Counted from the stretch's first letter, positions 10,421 to 20,785 are shown. The stretch: 64,000 bases of DNA from an uncultured Rhodobacteraceae bacterium (GCA_965657215.1 CBFHNR010000001.1:35146-99145); one strand, 5' to 3'. Numbers and translations: made by a program. The notes: a model not told the origin generated them from the letters alone.

Positions 10421-11332
10421 ATGAAGCAATTGCCAGACAAGCTTTTAGACATCGCATCAAAAGCACGGCTCAATGGATTTTACAAAGATTTTGAACAACA
10501 TTTCGCTGTCTTCTTGGAACGCAGCGATACGCTAGTTGTAACCTTTGATAACAAGAAATCCACATCATTGGAGGGCCCGCGCTATCCTTGGGCGTATAAA
10601 TTCATTGAAAAGCTTGGGGCCTCTCACCTTGGGATTATGACCAAGCGGCGTAACGATTGGTTTCGCCAAACTGATTTGTTAGATTTCTTTGACGAGCTTA
10701 CGGATACAGATTTCTTTGATCAATTCTCAAAAGTGATCTTTTACGGAAGCTCAATGGGCGGCTATGGCGCGGCCTCGTTTAGTGCGGCGGCCTTTGGGTC
10801 TCATGTGATCCTCTACAGCCCTCAGACGACCTTGTTCAAACAGATCACCCCTTGGGAAACGCGCTATGAACGCGCGTACAAGCGTGGCAATTGGGATGAT
10901 CCTCGGTATCGGGACGGTGCGGCCTCGCTCAAGCTCGCAAGCCGCGTGGATGTGTTTGTGGATCCCTATTTTGAAGTGGATTGGAGACATGCGGATCGCT
11001 TGGATCGGCGCAATACACACTATCATTTCTTGCCGTTCCAAGGTCACCAAGTTCCAGAAATCTTGATGAGCTTGAAAGGGTTTCAACCCTTTTTGATGAA
11101 TCTCATGAATGATGTCGAAAACACGCATTCCTTTAGCGATGTCTATCGCGGTCGCCGTGATGTTCAGGATTATGTGCGTAACTTGGCCAATGCTGCCTTT
11201 GACAAAGGCCAAGCGGTCAGAGCCGATATCATCATGGAAGCTGCCTCACAGATAAATCCAACATGGCGGTTCCCGAAATTCAAACGCATGGCAACAGAAA
11301 AGCTCGAAGAGACGATGTTGCTGTCGCTCTGA
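10421..11332 (+). CDS. hypothetical protein, alpha/beta-hydrolase-like (putative serine hydrolase)
   Basis: ATG at 10421. GSSMGG nucleophile-elbow (GxSxG) with later candidate Asp (VFVDPY) and His (FQGHQV) in Ser-Asp-His order. I recognise no closer family. Confidence 0.6.
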   Translation: MKQLPDKLLDIASKARLNGFYKDFEQHFAVFLERSDTLVVTFDNKKSTSLEGPRYPWAYKFIEKLGASHLGIMTKRRNDWFRQTDLLDFFDELTDTDFFDQFSKVIFYGSSMGGYGAASFSAAAFGSHVILYSPQTTLFKQITPWETRYERAYKRGNWDDPRYRDGAASLKLASRVDVFVDPYFEVDWRHADRLDRRNTHYHFLPFQGHQVPEILMSLKGFQPFLMNLMNDVENTHSFSDVYRGRRDVQDYVRNLANAAFDKGQAVRADIIMEAASQINPTWRFPKFKRMATEKLEETMLLSL

Positions 11333-11441
11333 TGCAATGTATGCGATTGTATTCGCTTAATTATCTGAAATATCAGGATTTTTAATTTACAGGTCGATAT
11401 GTTTGTCTATAACTTGAGGGCAAAGTTATAGGAATTTGACT

Positions 11442-12722
11442 ATGTCCCCTGTTCAGGATCACGCGCTTCGCTATCCTTTGGCAAATGAATTACATGCACG
11501 TCCGTTTCCCTCGATGAGCGGATCGGGCACTGTTGCCTATCTTGCGTTGAAATGCCCTCAAAATGCGGCCTCGCGCAATCGCGATCAAGATTTCCAAGAT
11601 TTGACAGCCTTGCTTGATAAATTTGGAACACCGCATCCACAACAAGGCGTCAACCATTTTTTCGGCCCCCTCGGGCGCTTTATGTTGAAATGGGAACAGC
11701 ACACTGAATTTGTGACCTACACGGTGTTTTCACCAGTGTTATCGGACGTGCCCTTTGATGCGAGCAATTTTTCTGTGTTTCCAGAATCCTGGCTCAGCAG
11801 CTTACAATCGGTTCGGGTGACGTCGGCCATTATTCGTGTCGAAGGTTACAAAACGGACCGCGATGTCGAAGGTAAATTGGGTCAGTGGTTCGTTCCTGAA
11901 AGTGTTGCTGCCAGCGCGGTATTAGGGAATGCCGCGATTGCAGCCGGGGACTTTCGTATTGACGAAGCAGGGCATCAACGCTTTGCGCTCTTTGTGAATA
12001 AAGGAACAGGTGAACGACGGATCGGTCGGATTATTCAACGCTTGTGCGAAATAGAAACCTACAAGGCTATGTCCATGCTTGGCTTTTCGCGTGCGCGTGA
12101 AGCCTCCATTCGAATGGGTCAGATAGACAGTGAATTATCCCAATTGATGGCTGCTATGACAGACCATAAGGCGCCCGCTGACAAGACTTTGGATAAATTG
12201 TTACAAGTCTCCGCCGAATTAGAACAGCTCTCTGCACAGAGCGCCTATCGCTTCTCTGCGACCAAAGCTTATCAAGCGATTGTTGCGCAACGTATTGAGG
12301 TGTTGCGAGAGGATCGCTTTGAAGGTCGCCAAACCTTTCAGGAATTTATGATGCGGCGCTACGAGCCTGCGATGCGGACGGTTGTGTCAACAGAGGATCG
12401 TCTGAGCGCTATGGCCAATCGGGCGATGCGGGCGGGGGACTTGCTGCGAACACGCGTTGATGTGGAACGCTCTGCGCAAAACCAATCCCTTCTTGAAAGC
12501 ATGGATCGGCGGGCGGATTTGCAATTGCGATTGCAGGAAACCGTCGAAGGTCTGTCCGTGGTCGCAATTAGCTATTATGCCGTGTCTTTGGCCAGCTATC
12601 TATTTTATCCCCTTGCCGACCCCATCGGGGTAAGCAAAGGGATGATTACGGCTGTGCTTACTCTGCCGGTTGTTGCATTGGTGTGGATGATGGTCCGCTC
12701 AATACGGCGTCGGATGGATTAG
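11442..12722 (+). CDS. DUF3422-like membrane-anchored protein
   Basis: About 426 aa. The N-terminus HALRYPLANELHARPF is as I recall for DUF3422/COG4949, followed by a long helical region and two C-terminal TM helices. ATG 11442 has AGGA 8 nt upstream. Confidence 0.7.
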   Translation: MSPVQDHALRYPLANELHARPFPSMSGSGTVAYLALKCPQNAASRNRDQDFQDLTALLDKFGTPHPQQGVNHFFGPLGRFMLKWEQHTEFVTYTVFSPVLSDVPFDASNFSVFPESWLSSLQSVRVTSAIIRVEGYKTDRDVEGKLGQWFVPESVAASAVLGNAAIAAGDFRIDEAGHQRFALFVNKGTGERRIGRIIQRLCEIETYKAMSMLGFSRAREASIRMGQIDSELSQLMAAMTDHKAPADKTLDKLLQVSAELEQLSAQSAYRFSATKAYQAIVAQRIEVLREDRFEGRQTFQEFMMRRYEPAMRTVVSTEDRLSAMANRAMRAGDLLRTRVDVERSAQNQSLLESMDRRADLQLRLQETVEGLSVVAISYYAVSLASYLFYPLADPIGVSKGMITAVLTLPVVALVWMMVRSIRRRMD

Positions 12723-13734
12723 CATCCACCAATCGATGCGTGAGGACTGCGCCGCCGGCAATAGCGAATAAGGCCAAGATTGTCGCAACCGAGAAAGTTG
12801 GAATACCCGCAAGACCCGCGCCGATTGTGCAGCCACCTGCTAAGACGGCACCAACACCCATAAACACCGCACCAAGCGCATAGCGACCTGTTTGGCGGGG
12901 GCTCTCAAAGCTCTGCCATGTGAAGGTTTTGAACGCCAATGATGCGATGAGCGCGCCCGCCAATGTTCCCCCGATCAAACCTGTCCCAAATCCTGCAGGG
13001 ATTGAGGTGGAGGCCACTGTCCAAAACAGAGCTTCGGTTGTTGGGGCAGTGAAGGACAAGCTTTCCATAGTAATAGGGTCAAAATCATCATATAGGACAT
13101 AGCCTGTTCCAACCCAAGCGGTTGGGACCAGTAGACCGATCAAGACCGCTAAGGCTAAATGAGATGGTTTGTTCTGAGATTTGACAGCCGTCCAAAGCGC
13201 AAGCACCACGAGCGCCAACGTTAAGGCCCAAGCAGGGACCAGACGTGTCAGATCAATGGCATCGCCCAAGTCTAATGTGACCGAACCAGCTAGGGACTGA
13301 AATGGAGACAAGACACCTTTTAGGGTGGCATGTGCGACGACTGCAAAGATCAAAATCACTGTGGCGGCACGCAGGTTTCCAGAGGCGGATAAAATGGTAA
13401 GCCGCGACACACATCCGCGCGTCAACACCATGCCCGCCCCAAACAAGCCGCCACCAATCAAGATAGAGAGGATAGGCAATTCTGAGACCATAAACCTGTG
13501 ATCGTCAAAGGCGATGAGCCCTGAGAAAATCGCGAACTGAACGCCAACCGTTGCCGTGGCAAGCGCCAAGAGCCAAACGCCCCAAGCTTGACGACGATCT
13601 TCCCCAACAAGGCTGCGGCGAAAACAGAATTTGCTACGCTCGGCGAGAAAGCCAAAAGCGGCTCCGACGAGGAGGGCGAACATGACAGAGACCTGAGGGG
13701 CTGTCAGAGTTTCAAAACCGAGATCTTCGAACAT
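12658..13734 (-). CDS. YeeE/YedE family sulfur-compound (thiosulfate) transporter
   Basis: About 358 aa polytopic protein with two sulfur-transport repeats containing conserved Cys (ERSKFCFR, GGCTIGAG). Start taken at MFEDLGFE. Confidence 0.85.
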   Translation of the reverse strand: MFEDLGFETLTAPQVSVMFALLVGAAFGFLAERSKFCFRRSLVGEDRRQAWGVWLLALATATVGVQFAIFSGLIAFDDHRFMVSELPILSILIGGGLFGAGMVLTRGCVSRLTILSASGNLRAATVILIFAVVAHATLKGVLSPFQSLAGSVTLDLGDAIDLTRLVPAWALTLALVVLALWTAVKSQNKPSHLALAVLIGLLVPTAWVGTGYVLYDDFDPITMESLSFTAPTTEALFWTVASTSIPAGFGTGLIGGTLAGALIASLAFKTFTWQSFESPRQTGRYALGAVFMGVGAVLAGGCTIGAGLAGIPTFSVATILALFAIAGGAVLTHRLVDANPSDAVLSGPSSTPMQQPAE

Positions 13735-14011
13735 AGTATTCTCCTTGATTGAGGAATTATGTTCCAAATGATGAAGAAAACGACGTAATGCAAGGGGCGG
13801 GAAAAGTCATTGAGTACATGAATACAGAATTTTGTTCTGGATGTTTGGCTGTGCTGAGGTCACTGTTCCAAAGCTGAGAGCAGGAACGAATGATATTGTT
13901 ATTGCTCCGTCTAAGTTGGACATATGGTTTTATTTGAACATCTGCATTTATTTGACCCCTTATGCGTTCTGTGAAACACTAAATGTGCAGTATCGCCAAA
14001 GGACCCGCCCC

Positions 14012-15172
14012 ATGCCAATCAAGAACCGTTTCGCTGACCTCCATTCAGAAATCACCGCATGGCGTCGTGATTTGCACGAACATCCTGAAATCTTGTTTGA
14101 CACACATCGCACCTCAGCCGTGGTTGCGCAAAAGCTCAAGGAATTTGGCTGTGACGAGGTTGTAACTGGGTTAGGCCGCACTGGCGTTGTTGGTGTGATC
14201 AAAGGCAAAGTGGACACAAACGGCAAGGCCATTGGGCTGCGCGCAGATATGGATGCCTTGCCCATACACGAACAAACGGGGCTTGAGTATGCATCCAAGA
14301 CAGATAGCGCGATGCATGCCTGTGGTCATGATGGTCATACGGCTATGTTGCTTGGCGCGGCAAAATATCTGACAGAGACGCGCAATTTTGATGGCACCGT
14401 TGTTGTGATCTTTCAACCCGCCGAAGAAGGCGGCGGTGGCGGCAAGGAAATGTGCGATGATGGCATGATGGAGCGCTTTGGCATCCAAGAAGTCTACGGT
14501 ATGCACAACTGGCCCGGTATGGAGGTTGGCCAATTCGCAATTCGTCCAGGGGCATTCTTTGCGGCCACCGATGTGTTTGAAATTGAAATCGAAGGCAAGG
14601 GGGGCCATGCCGCCAAACCGCATGAAACCGTCGATAGCACCGTTGTTGCCTCGCATATGGTCCTTGCTCTGCAATCCATCGTCAGCCGAAATGCTGACCC
14701 TGTTGAACAATTGGTCGTTTCGGTGACGTCTTTTGAAACCTCATCAACCGCCTTTAATGTCATTCCACAGCGAGTGACGCTCAGGGGAACTGTGCGCACG
14801 ATGAATGCTGATATTCGTGATCTTGCGGAGCGGCGAATTGGCGAGATTGCCAAAAACTGCGCTGAAACCTTTGGGGCCAGCGCGACGCCCGTCTATACGA
14901 GGAACTATCCAGTCATGGTCAATTCCGAAGAGCAAACGCAGTTCGCGGCCCAAGTCGCGACCTCAGTAAGTGGCGGATGCGCAGATGCGCCCTTGATCAT
15001 GGGCGGCGAAGATTTCGCCTTTATGTTAGAAGAACGGCCAGGCGCCTATATCTTGGTCGGAAACGGACCAACGGCGCCCGTGCATCATCCAGAATACAAT
15101 TTCAATGACGATGCGATCCTAAGCGGATGTAGCTGGTGGGCCGAAATTGCCGAACAACGGATGCCAGTCTAA
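14012..15172 (+). CDS. M20 family amidohydrolase (hippurate hydrolase / N-acyl-amino-acid amidohydrolase type)
   Basis: Start at MPIKNRFADLHSEITAWRRDLHEHPE. Metal-binding block MHACGHDGH. Confidence 0.88.
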   Translation: MPIKNRFADLHSEITAWRRDLHEHPEILFDTHRTSAVVAQKLKEFGCDEVVTGLGRTGVVGVIKGKVDTNGKAIGLRADMDALPIHEQTGLEYASKTDSAMHACGHDGHTAMLLGAAKYLTETRNFDGTVVVIFQPAEEGGGGGKEMCDDGMMERFGIQEVYGMHNWPGMEVGQFAIRPGAFFAATDVFEIEIEGKGGHAAKPHETVDSTVVASHMVLALQSIVSRNADPVEQLVVSVTSFETSSTAFNVIPQRVTLRGTVRTMNADIRDLAERRIGEIAKNCAETFGASATPVYTRNYPVMVNSEEQTQFAAQVATSVSGGCADAPLIMGGEDFAFMLEERPGAYILVGNGPTAPVHHPEYNFNDDAILSGCSWWAEIAEQRMPV

Positions 15173-15184
15173 GACAGGTCTGAC

Positions 15185-16192
15185 TTATCCGCCTGTGTGG
15201 CTCATGTGACGGGTCATTTGGCCTGTGATTTCTTGGCGGGAATAGTCGAAGTCATGGCCCTTGGGTTTATGGGAAATTGCGTTTCTGATTGCGTTTTCAA
15301 GTGGGGTTTCGCTATCTGGGAAATCCCTTAAGGGCTTGCGTAAATCGGCATTATCCTCTTGGCCCAAGCACATGAAGAGCTCTCCAGTACAGGTGAGGCG
15401 AACACGGTTACAGCTTTCGCAGAAGTTATGCGTCAGAGGCGTGATAAAGCCAATCTTTTGACCCGTTTCTTCAAGCTTTACATAGCGTGCAGGTCCGCCT
15501 GTGCGTTCGGATAACTCGGTCAAGGTATACTGTTGCGCCAAAGTTTTTCGCAGATCGCTGAGCGCCCAATATTGGCCGATCCGATCCTCACCGCCAAGAT
15601 CGCCCATTGGCATCACTTCGATCCAGGTCAAATCCATATCACGCTCTGCGCACCATGTTGTCATTGCGAACACTTCGTCTTCGTTAAATCCCTTTAGGGC
15701 AACGGCATTCAGTTTTACACGAAGGCCAGCCGCTTGGGCCGCATCAATCCCGCGCAAAACTTGGGGCAATCGACCCCATCGCGTCACACGTGCAAATTTG
15801 GCTTCATCCAAAGTATCCAATGAGACATTGACCCGCCGTACACCCGCCGCATAAAGATCGCTTGCGTATTTTTCGAGCTGCGATCCATTCGTGGTCAAGG
15901 TTAATTCCTTGAGCGCGCCGCTGTCGAGATGACGCGACATGCTCTGGAAAAAGCTCATAATTCCACGACGAACAAGCGGCTCTCCGCCTGTTATGCGCAA
16001 TTTCTCAACCCCAAGTTTGACAAAGGTCGAACACATGCGGTCCAATTCCTCTAACGTCAAAAGCTCTTTTTTAGGAAGAAACTGCATATTTTCAGCCATG
16101 CAATAGACACAGCGAAAATCGCAACGGTCGGTTACCGAAACACGCAAGTAAGTGATCGCGCGTTGAAAGGGATCAATAAGAGGAGCTGTCAT
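15185..16192 (-). CDS. moaA: GTP 3',8-cyclase (molybdenum cofactor biosynthesis protein A)
   Basis: Radical [11 protein letters not shown] cluster motif and a C-terminal [10 protein letters not shown] cluster motif. Start taken at MTAPLIDPF. Confidence 0.93.
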   Translation of the reverse strand: MTAPLIDPFQRAITYLRVSVTDRCDFRCVYCMAENMQFLPKKELLTLEELDRMCSTFVKLGVEKLRITGGEPLVRRGIMSFFQSMSRHLDSGALKELTLTTNGSQLEKYASDLYAAGVRRVNVSLDTLDEAKFARVTRWGRLPQVLRGIDAAQAAGLRVKLNAVALKGFNEDEVFAMTTWCAERDMDLTWIEVMPMGDLGGEDRIGQYWALSDLRKTLAQQYTLTELSERTGGPARYVKLEETGQKIGFITPLTHNFCESCNRVRLTCTGELFMCLGQEDNADLRKPLRDFPDSETPLENAIRNAISHKPKGHDFDYSRQEITGQMTRHMSHTGG

Positions 16193-16276
16193 GTTGGGTA
16201 AGCTATGCGCATGTGCATACTCTCGCAAGAGGGTTGGCGACTGTTTTTGCCATTCTGCGACCAAAAGGGGGAAGCT

Positions 16277-16780
16277 ATGTTGAAACGTTTTGTGGGTTTA
16301 GGTGGAATTGCCTTAGTCTTGAGTGGGTGTAGTGATTTGGAGCAGACCTTTGGTGAGACACCAGAGCCAATCGACGCCCCAGTCGAAATTGCTCAAACCA
16401 GCGCTGTGAGCCCTGTAAAGCCACCACCCGTTATTCAAAATACCGGCGCACCGCGTGCGCCTGAGGTTTTGGATATCGCCACCACCGAAGAGCGAACAGA
16501 GGCCACAACGATCACAGCTGTCAATAACGAGAAAAACCTAGGCATTGCGATTGCGGCCTTGGGTAATCCAGCGGAAACTGGATTTTGGGTGAAATCAGAT
16601 TTGGTCGCTAGCCCGACCAAAGGGCGCATCACTGATTTGGCCAGTGGGAAAAAGGTAAATGTCGATCTATTCCCTGCGGAAACCGCGCAGTCAGGTACTC
16701 AAATCAGCTTGTCAGCAATGCGAGCGTTGGACGTATCCTTGATTGATCTACCAGAGGTCCAAATCACACAGGTGAATTAA
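16277..16780 (+). CDS. hypothetical lipoprotein
   Basis: ATG at 16277 after GGGGGAAG. Lipobox LVLSGC. Pro-rich linker followed by a roughly 90-aa C-terminal domain. Confidence 0.65.
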   Translation: MLKRFVGLGGIALVLSGCSDLEQTFGETPEPIDAPVEIAQTSAVSPVKPPPVIQNTGAPRAPEVLDIATTEERTEATTITAVNNEKNLGIAIAALGNPAETGFWVKSDLVASPTKGRITDLASGKKVNVDLFPAETAQSGTQISLSAMRALDVSLIDLPEVQITQVN

Positions 16781-17472
16781 TCCTCAAGATGGCGCCGGGC
16801 TTCGCGACGCGCAAAGGGTTTCATGCGCTCACCATAGGTGTCGATGAATTGTATGGCCCGTTCGCGATCATGTTTGGATAAATCACGTACCCACCATCCG
16901 ATGGCCTTTTGGATGAACCAGTCATGGTCGTCCACATAGCTTGCAGCCCAGCCCAAAATACGGTCACGAATGACGAGGTCCTCAGGTTTGGGGTGGTTCT
17001 GTTTTGTCCAAGGAAGGGTAATCACAAGCGCCGCCCGACGTTCCCACATGTGTTCGCTCATGGTCCACGTTTCGACCTCATCAATCCGAGCAGGATCCGC
17101 AACGAGCCGTTTTTGCCCCGCCATGCACACATGATCCGCAATCGCCCAGCTATCAAAATCATGTCGCCACGAGGCCAGTAAATCCCAAGCGCCTTGATCA
17201 TCAGGCTTAATGCGCGCCTGCGTCAAAAGCTTGGCGGCGCCTATGCGTGCTTCGAAGATGTTTGTGTCCCACAACGAGGCGGCCAAGGCCAGGCGTTGAT
17301 CTACAGTGAGGCTCCGCCTCCACGCCATAGTCAGCTCGTTTAAGGTGGGGTTGGTCACGCCCAAGTAGGGGCGGTCCACTTTGTGATAGCCCCGTGCGCC
17401 TTCTGCACGTCCAGGCTCAACATGTTGTGACAGGATAGCGAGCGCATCCTCTGCGGTTAATGGGGCTGTCAC
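16777..17472 (-). CDS. DNA alkylation repair protein (AlkD-like HEAT-repeat family)
   Basis: 231 aa with family blocks WERRAALVITLPW and WFIQKAIGWWVRDLSKHD. GTG start 3 nt after the glmS stop. Confidence 0.8.
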   Translation of the reverse strand: MTAPLTAEDALAILSQHVEPGRAEGARGYHKVDRPYLGVTNPTLNELTMAWRRSLTVDQRLALAASLWDTNIFEARIGAAKLLTQARIKPDDQGAWDLLASWRHDFDSWAIADHVCMAGQKRLVADPARIDEVETWTMSEHMWERRAALVITLPWTKQNHPKPEDLVIRDRILGWAASYVDDHDWFIQKAIGWWVRDLSKHDRERAIQFIDTYGERMKPFARREARRHLED

Positions 17473-17475
17473 GCT

Positions 17476-19299
17476 CTATTCCACTGTCACAGATTTTGCC
17501 AAATTCCGAGGCTGATCCACATCTGTCCCTTTGGCTATCGCTGTATAATAGGCGAGCATTTGGGCAGGAATAGAATAGAGAATTGGCGCAACGACATCGT
17601 GGCAAGACGGCATTTCAATGCTTTGCCAAATGTCGGGTCCTGCGGTTTTTATGCCATCCTCGTTTGAAATCAAAACGACGCGACCTTTGCGCGCCATGAC
17701 CTCTTGGACGTTTGAAATCGTTTTGTCATAGAGCCCATCTTTGGGTGCCATGACGACCACGGGGACTTGTTCATCAATCAGGGCGATGGGGCCGTGCTTT
17801 AGTTCGCCTGATGCATAAGCTTCGGCGTGTATATAGCTGATTTCTTTTAGCTTTAGCGCGCCTTCATGGGCGAGTGGATACATAGCACCCCGTCCCAAGA
17901 ACAAGATATCTTCTGCTTTGGAAATCTGGAATGCGACGTCTTTGATCGCATCGCTCAGGAGCAAGGCTTGATTAATTTTGGCCGGAACACCGCGCAGGTT
18001 GTCGATGATATCGTTCAACTCTTCTGCTGGCTTCGCATTGGTTTGCTGTGCTGCGAGAACTGCGAGATTCAGCAGAACTGTTAGCTGACAGGTAAAGGCT
18101 TTGGTTGAGGCAACGCCCACTTCGACACCGGCATAGATAGGAAGCGCATAATCGCTTTCGCGTGCGATTGAGCTTTCCGCGACGTTGACGATGGATAGGA
18201 TCTTGTCTGCTTTGCCTTGGCAATAGCGGAGCGCGGCAAGCGTGTCGGCGGTTTCACCAGATTGGCTAACAAAAATAGCCAATGTGCGCTTTCTTATAGG
18301 TGGCTCGCGATAGCGGAACTCTGAGGCGACATCGATTTCCACGGGTATACGCGCGATTTGTTCAAACCAATATTTGGCCGTGAAACAGGCATAAAACGCA
18401 GTGCCACAGGCGACCATCGTGATCTGATCAAACTCAGAAAAATCAATCTCCGCGTTTGGTAAAGTGATCTCAAATCCAGAATGCGCAAGGTATTTGTTCA
18501 AGGCATCACCCAAGACGCGGGGCTGTTCATGGATTTCCTTTTCCATGAAGTGTTGGAACCCATCCTTGTCGATGCGCGTGGCGTCCGAATTGATCGTGCG
18601 GATGTCGCGCTCAACCTTGTCGCCGGTGACATCAAATATGTCGACGCTGTCACGGGTAAGGACGGCAAAGTCCCCTTCATCAAGGTAACTCATGCGCGAT
18701 GTCATGGGCGACAGAGCAATCGCATCAGAGCCCACATACATTTCGCCATCGCCATACCCAATCGCAAGAGGGGATCCTTGGCGCGCGGCAATCATCAAAT
18801 TCTCTTCGCCGTCAAAAATGATGCAAAGGGCAAAAGCACCGTCTAATCGAGAAATAGCTGTTTTCGCAGCCTCGATGTGAGTTTGCCCTTGATCGACATA
18901 ATATTGCACCAACATCGCGACGGTCTCTGTATCCGTGTCGGTAACATAGTTGAGACCAACGGATGCAAGCTCTTCTCTAAGGTCGCGGAAATTTTCGACG
19001 ATCCCGTTGTGTACAACGGCGACAGGGCCAGAGACATGTGGGTGGGCATTGTTTTCGGTTGGTTCGCCGTGGGTGGCCCATCGCGTGTGCCCGATACCGA
19101 TTTTACCAGCAAGCGGTTCGTGAACCAATTTATCCGAGAGCTCGACCAATTTTCCAACGGCGCGGCGGCGTTCTAATCGTGTCTCGTGAATAGTCGCAAT
19201 GCCCGCGCTGTCATAGCCGCGATATTCCAATCGCTTTAACGCATCAACAAGAATTGGGGCAACTTCATGCGTGCCTAAAATACCAACGATCCCACACAT
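17476..19299 (-). CDS. glmS: glutamine--fructose-6-phosphate aminotransferase
   Basis: 607 aa with the MCGIVG N-terminal nucleophile, two SIS domains and the C-terminal ...KSVTVE. Confidence 0.97.
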   Translation of the reverse strand: MCGIVGILGTHEVAPILVDALKRLEYRGYDSAGIATIHETRLERRRAVGKLVELSDKLVHEPLAGKIGIGHTRWATHGEPTENNAHPHVSGPVAVVHNGIVENFRDLREELASVGLNYVTDTDTETVAMLVQYYVDQGQTHIEAAKTAISRLDGAFALCIIFDGEENLMIAARQGSPLAIGYGDGEMYVGSDAIALSPMTSRMSYLDEGDFAVLTRDSVDIFDVTGDKVERDIRTINSDATRIDKDGFQHFMEKEIHEQPRVLGDALNKYLAHSGFEITLPNAEIDFSEFDQITMVACGTAFYACFTAKYWFEQIARIPVEIDVASEFRYREPPIRKRTLAIFVSQSGETADTLAALRYCQGKADKILSIVNVAESSIARESDYALPIYAGVEVGVASTKAFTCQLTVLLNLAVLAAQQTNAKPAEELNDIIDNLRGVPAKINQALLLSDAIKDVAFQISKAEDILFLGRGAMYPLAHEGALKLKEISYIHAEAYASGELKHGPIALIDEQVPVVVMAPKDGLYDKTISNVQEVMARKGRVVLISNEDGIKTAGPDIWQSIEMPSCHDVVAPILYSIPAQMLAYYTAIAKGTDVDQPRNLAKSVTVE

Positions 19300-20654
19300 T
19301 ATGACGTCACCTGATCGCGTTTCGCTTTTTTCTTTCTTAACATTTGAACCAATTTACGAGCCATGCCAGATTTATTCTCTTGTGGCGCACGTGACAGGGC
19401 TAAATCTCCGTCAGGGACGTCTTTGGTAATGATTGATCCGCTCCCTGTCATGGCCTCGTCGCCAATCGTGACGGGGGCCACAAGCATAGTGTTTGAGCCG
19501 ATAAAGCTTTTGTTGCCGATGGTTGTTTTATGTTTCATCACGCCGTCGTAGTTACAGGTGATGGTGCCCGCGCCGATATTGGTTTTGTGGCCGATGTCTG
19601 CATCGCCAATATAGCTTAAATGATTCACTTTGGATCCTTCACCCAACGTGGCGTTTTTGACTTCGACAAAATTACCGATGCGCACGTCTTCCGATAGCTC
19701 AGCACCCGGGCGCAGTCGGGCATAGGGGCCGACGATTGCCCCGCGCGAGACGTGGCATCCCTCAAGGTGTGAAAAGGCTCGAATAGTTGCGCCGCTTTCG
19801 ACGGTTACCTCTGTTGCAAAAACCACGTTTTGTTCGATCACCGCATCGCATCCGATATAGGTATCGTATGATAGAAAGACGGTATCAGGGGCAAGCAAGC
19901 TCACCCCGTTTTCAATCAGCTCGGCGCGTGATTTGCGTTGAAACAAGGCTTCTGCATCGGCCAATTGCGGGCGTGAGTTCACGCCAAGTGTTTCTGCCTC
20001 GGCGCAACGAACGACCTTGGCTGATTTGTCGGATGCAACGGCCAATTCCACGCAATCGGTTAAATAGTATTCACCAGAGGTGTTGTCATTTTCTATCAGG
20101 TCAATCAGATCAAACATTAGGGATGCCTTGGCGGACATAACGCCACTATTACAAAGGGTTATATCGCGTTCCTCAGGTGAGGCGTCCTTGTATTCGACAA
20201 TCTTTTGCAAGCTATCGCCTTGGGTCACAAGACGGCCGTAGCGATCTGGATTGGCGGCTTCAAATCCGAGCACGACCAAATCGGCTGTTGCGCGTGCTGT
20301 TGCAATATTCGCCATAGTGTCAGAGCTAATAAACGGCGTGTCTCCGTAAAGCACGATGATATCGCCGTCATACTCCGAGAGGGCTGCGCGCGCTTGTTGA
20401 ACCGCATGGGCTGTACCCAGTTGTTCCGTTTGCAACACGATCTCTGCATCGGGGTCAAAATCTTTGGCCGCCGCTTCGACCAACTCGGCTCCGTGGCCTG
20501 CGACAACAATCATCCGATCAGGCTCAAGCGTTTGCGCGGCCTTCATCGCATGGATGAGCATCGGCGCTCCGGCAATTTTATGTAAAACTTTTGGCAGGTC
20601 GGATTGCATACGCGTTCCTTTTCCTGCTGCTAAAATAACAACGGCTGTGCTCAT
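19299..20654 (-). CDS. glmU: bifunctional UDP-N-acetylglucosamine pyrophosphorylase / glucosamine-1-phosphate N-acetyltransferase
   Basis: 451 aa with LAAGKGTRM and C-terminal hexapeptide repeats. Its stop overlaps the glmS start (TAATG). Confidence 0.96.
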   Translation of the reverse strand: MSTAVVILAAGKGTRMQSDLPKVLHKIAGAPMLIHAMKAAQTLEPDRMIVVAGHGAELVEAAAKDFDPDAEIVLQTEQLGTAHAVQQARAALSEYDGDIIVLYGDTPFISSDTMANIATARATADLVVLGFEAANPDRYGRLVTQGDSLQKIVEYKDASPEERDITLCNSGVMSAKASLMFDLIDLIENDNTSGEYYLTDCVELAVASDKSAKVVRCAEAETLGVNSRPQLADAEALFQRKSRAELIENGVSLLAPDTVFLSYDTYIGCDAVIEQNVVFATEVTVESGATIRAFSHLEGCHVSRGAIVGPYARLRPGAELSEDVRIGNFVEVKNATLGEGSKVNHLSYIGDADIGHKTNIGAGTITCNYDGVMKHKTTIGNKSFIGSNTMLVAPVTIGDEAMTGSGSIITKDVPDGDLALSRAPQENKSGMARKLVQMLRKKKAKRDQVTS

Positions 20655-20785
20655 TACTTTTCCTCAATTCGTATAGGCCTTTTATCCATTTGTGGATGTT
20701 ATGCAAGGTCAGGAATGTTCAACTTTGGTTGCGCTTTGTAACACCGCGTGGCAGGAACATGCTTAAACGTCAAAAGGTGGATGCG

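Noticed and set aside
16193-16276. Looked for a molybdenum-cofactor riboswitch upstream of moaA, and for a glmS ribozyme upstream of glmS (around 19300).
   Set aside because: The moaA leader is at most 84 nt, shared with a divergent gene, and has no recognisable conserved motif. The glmS start overlaps the glmU stop, which leaves no leader at all.
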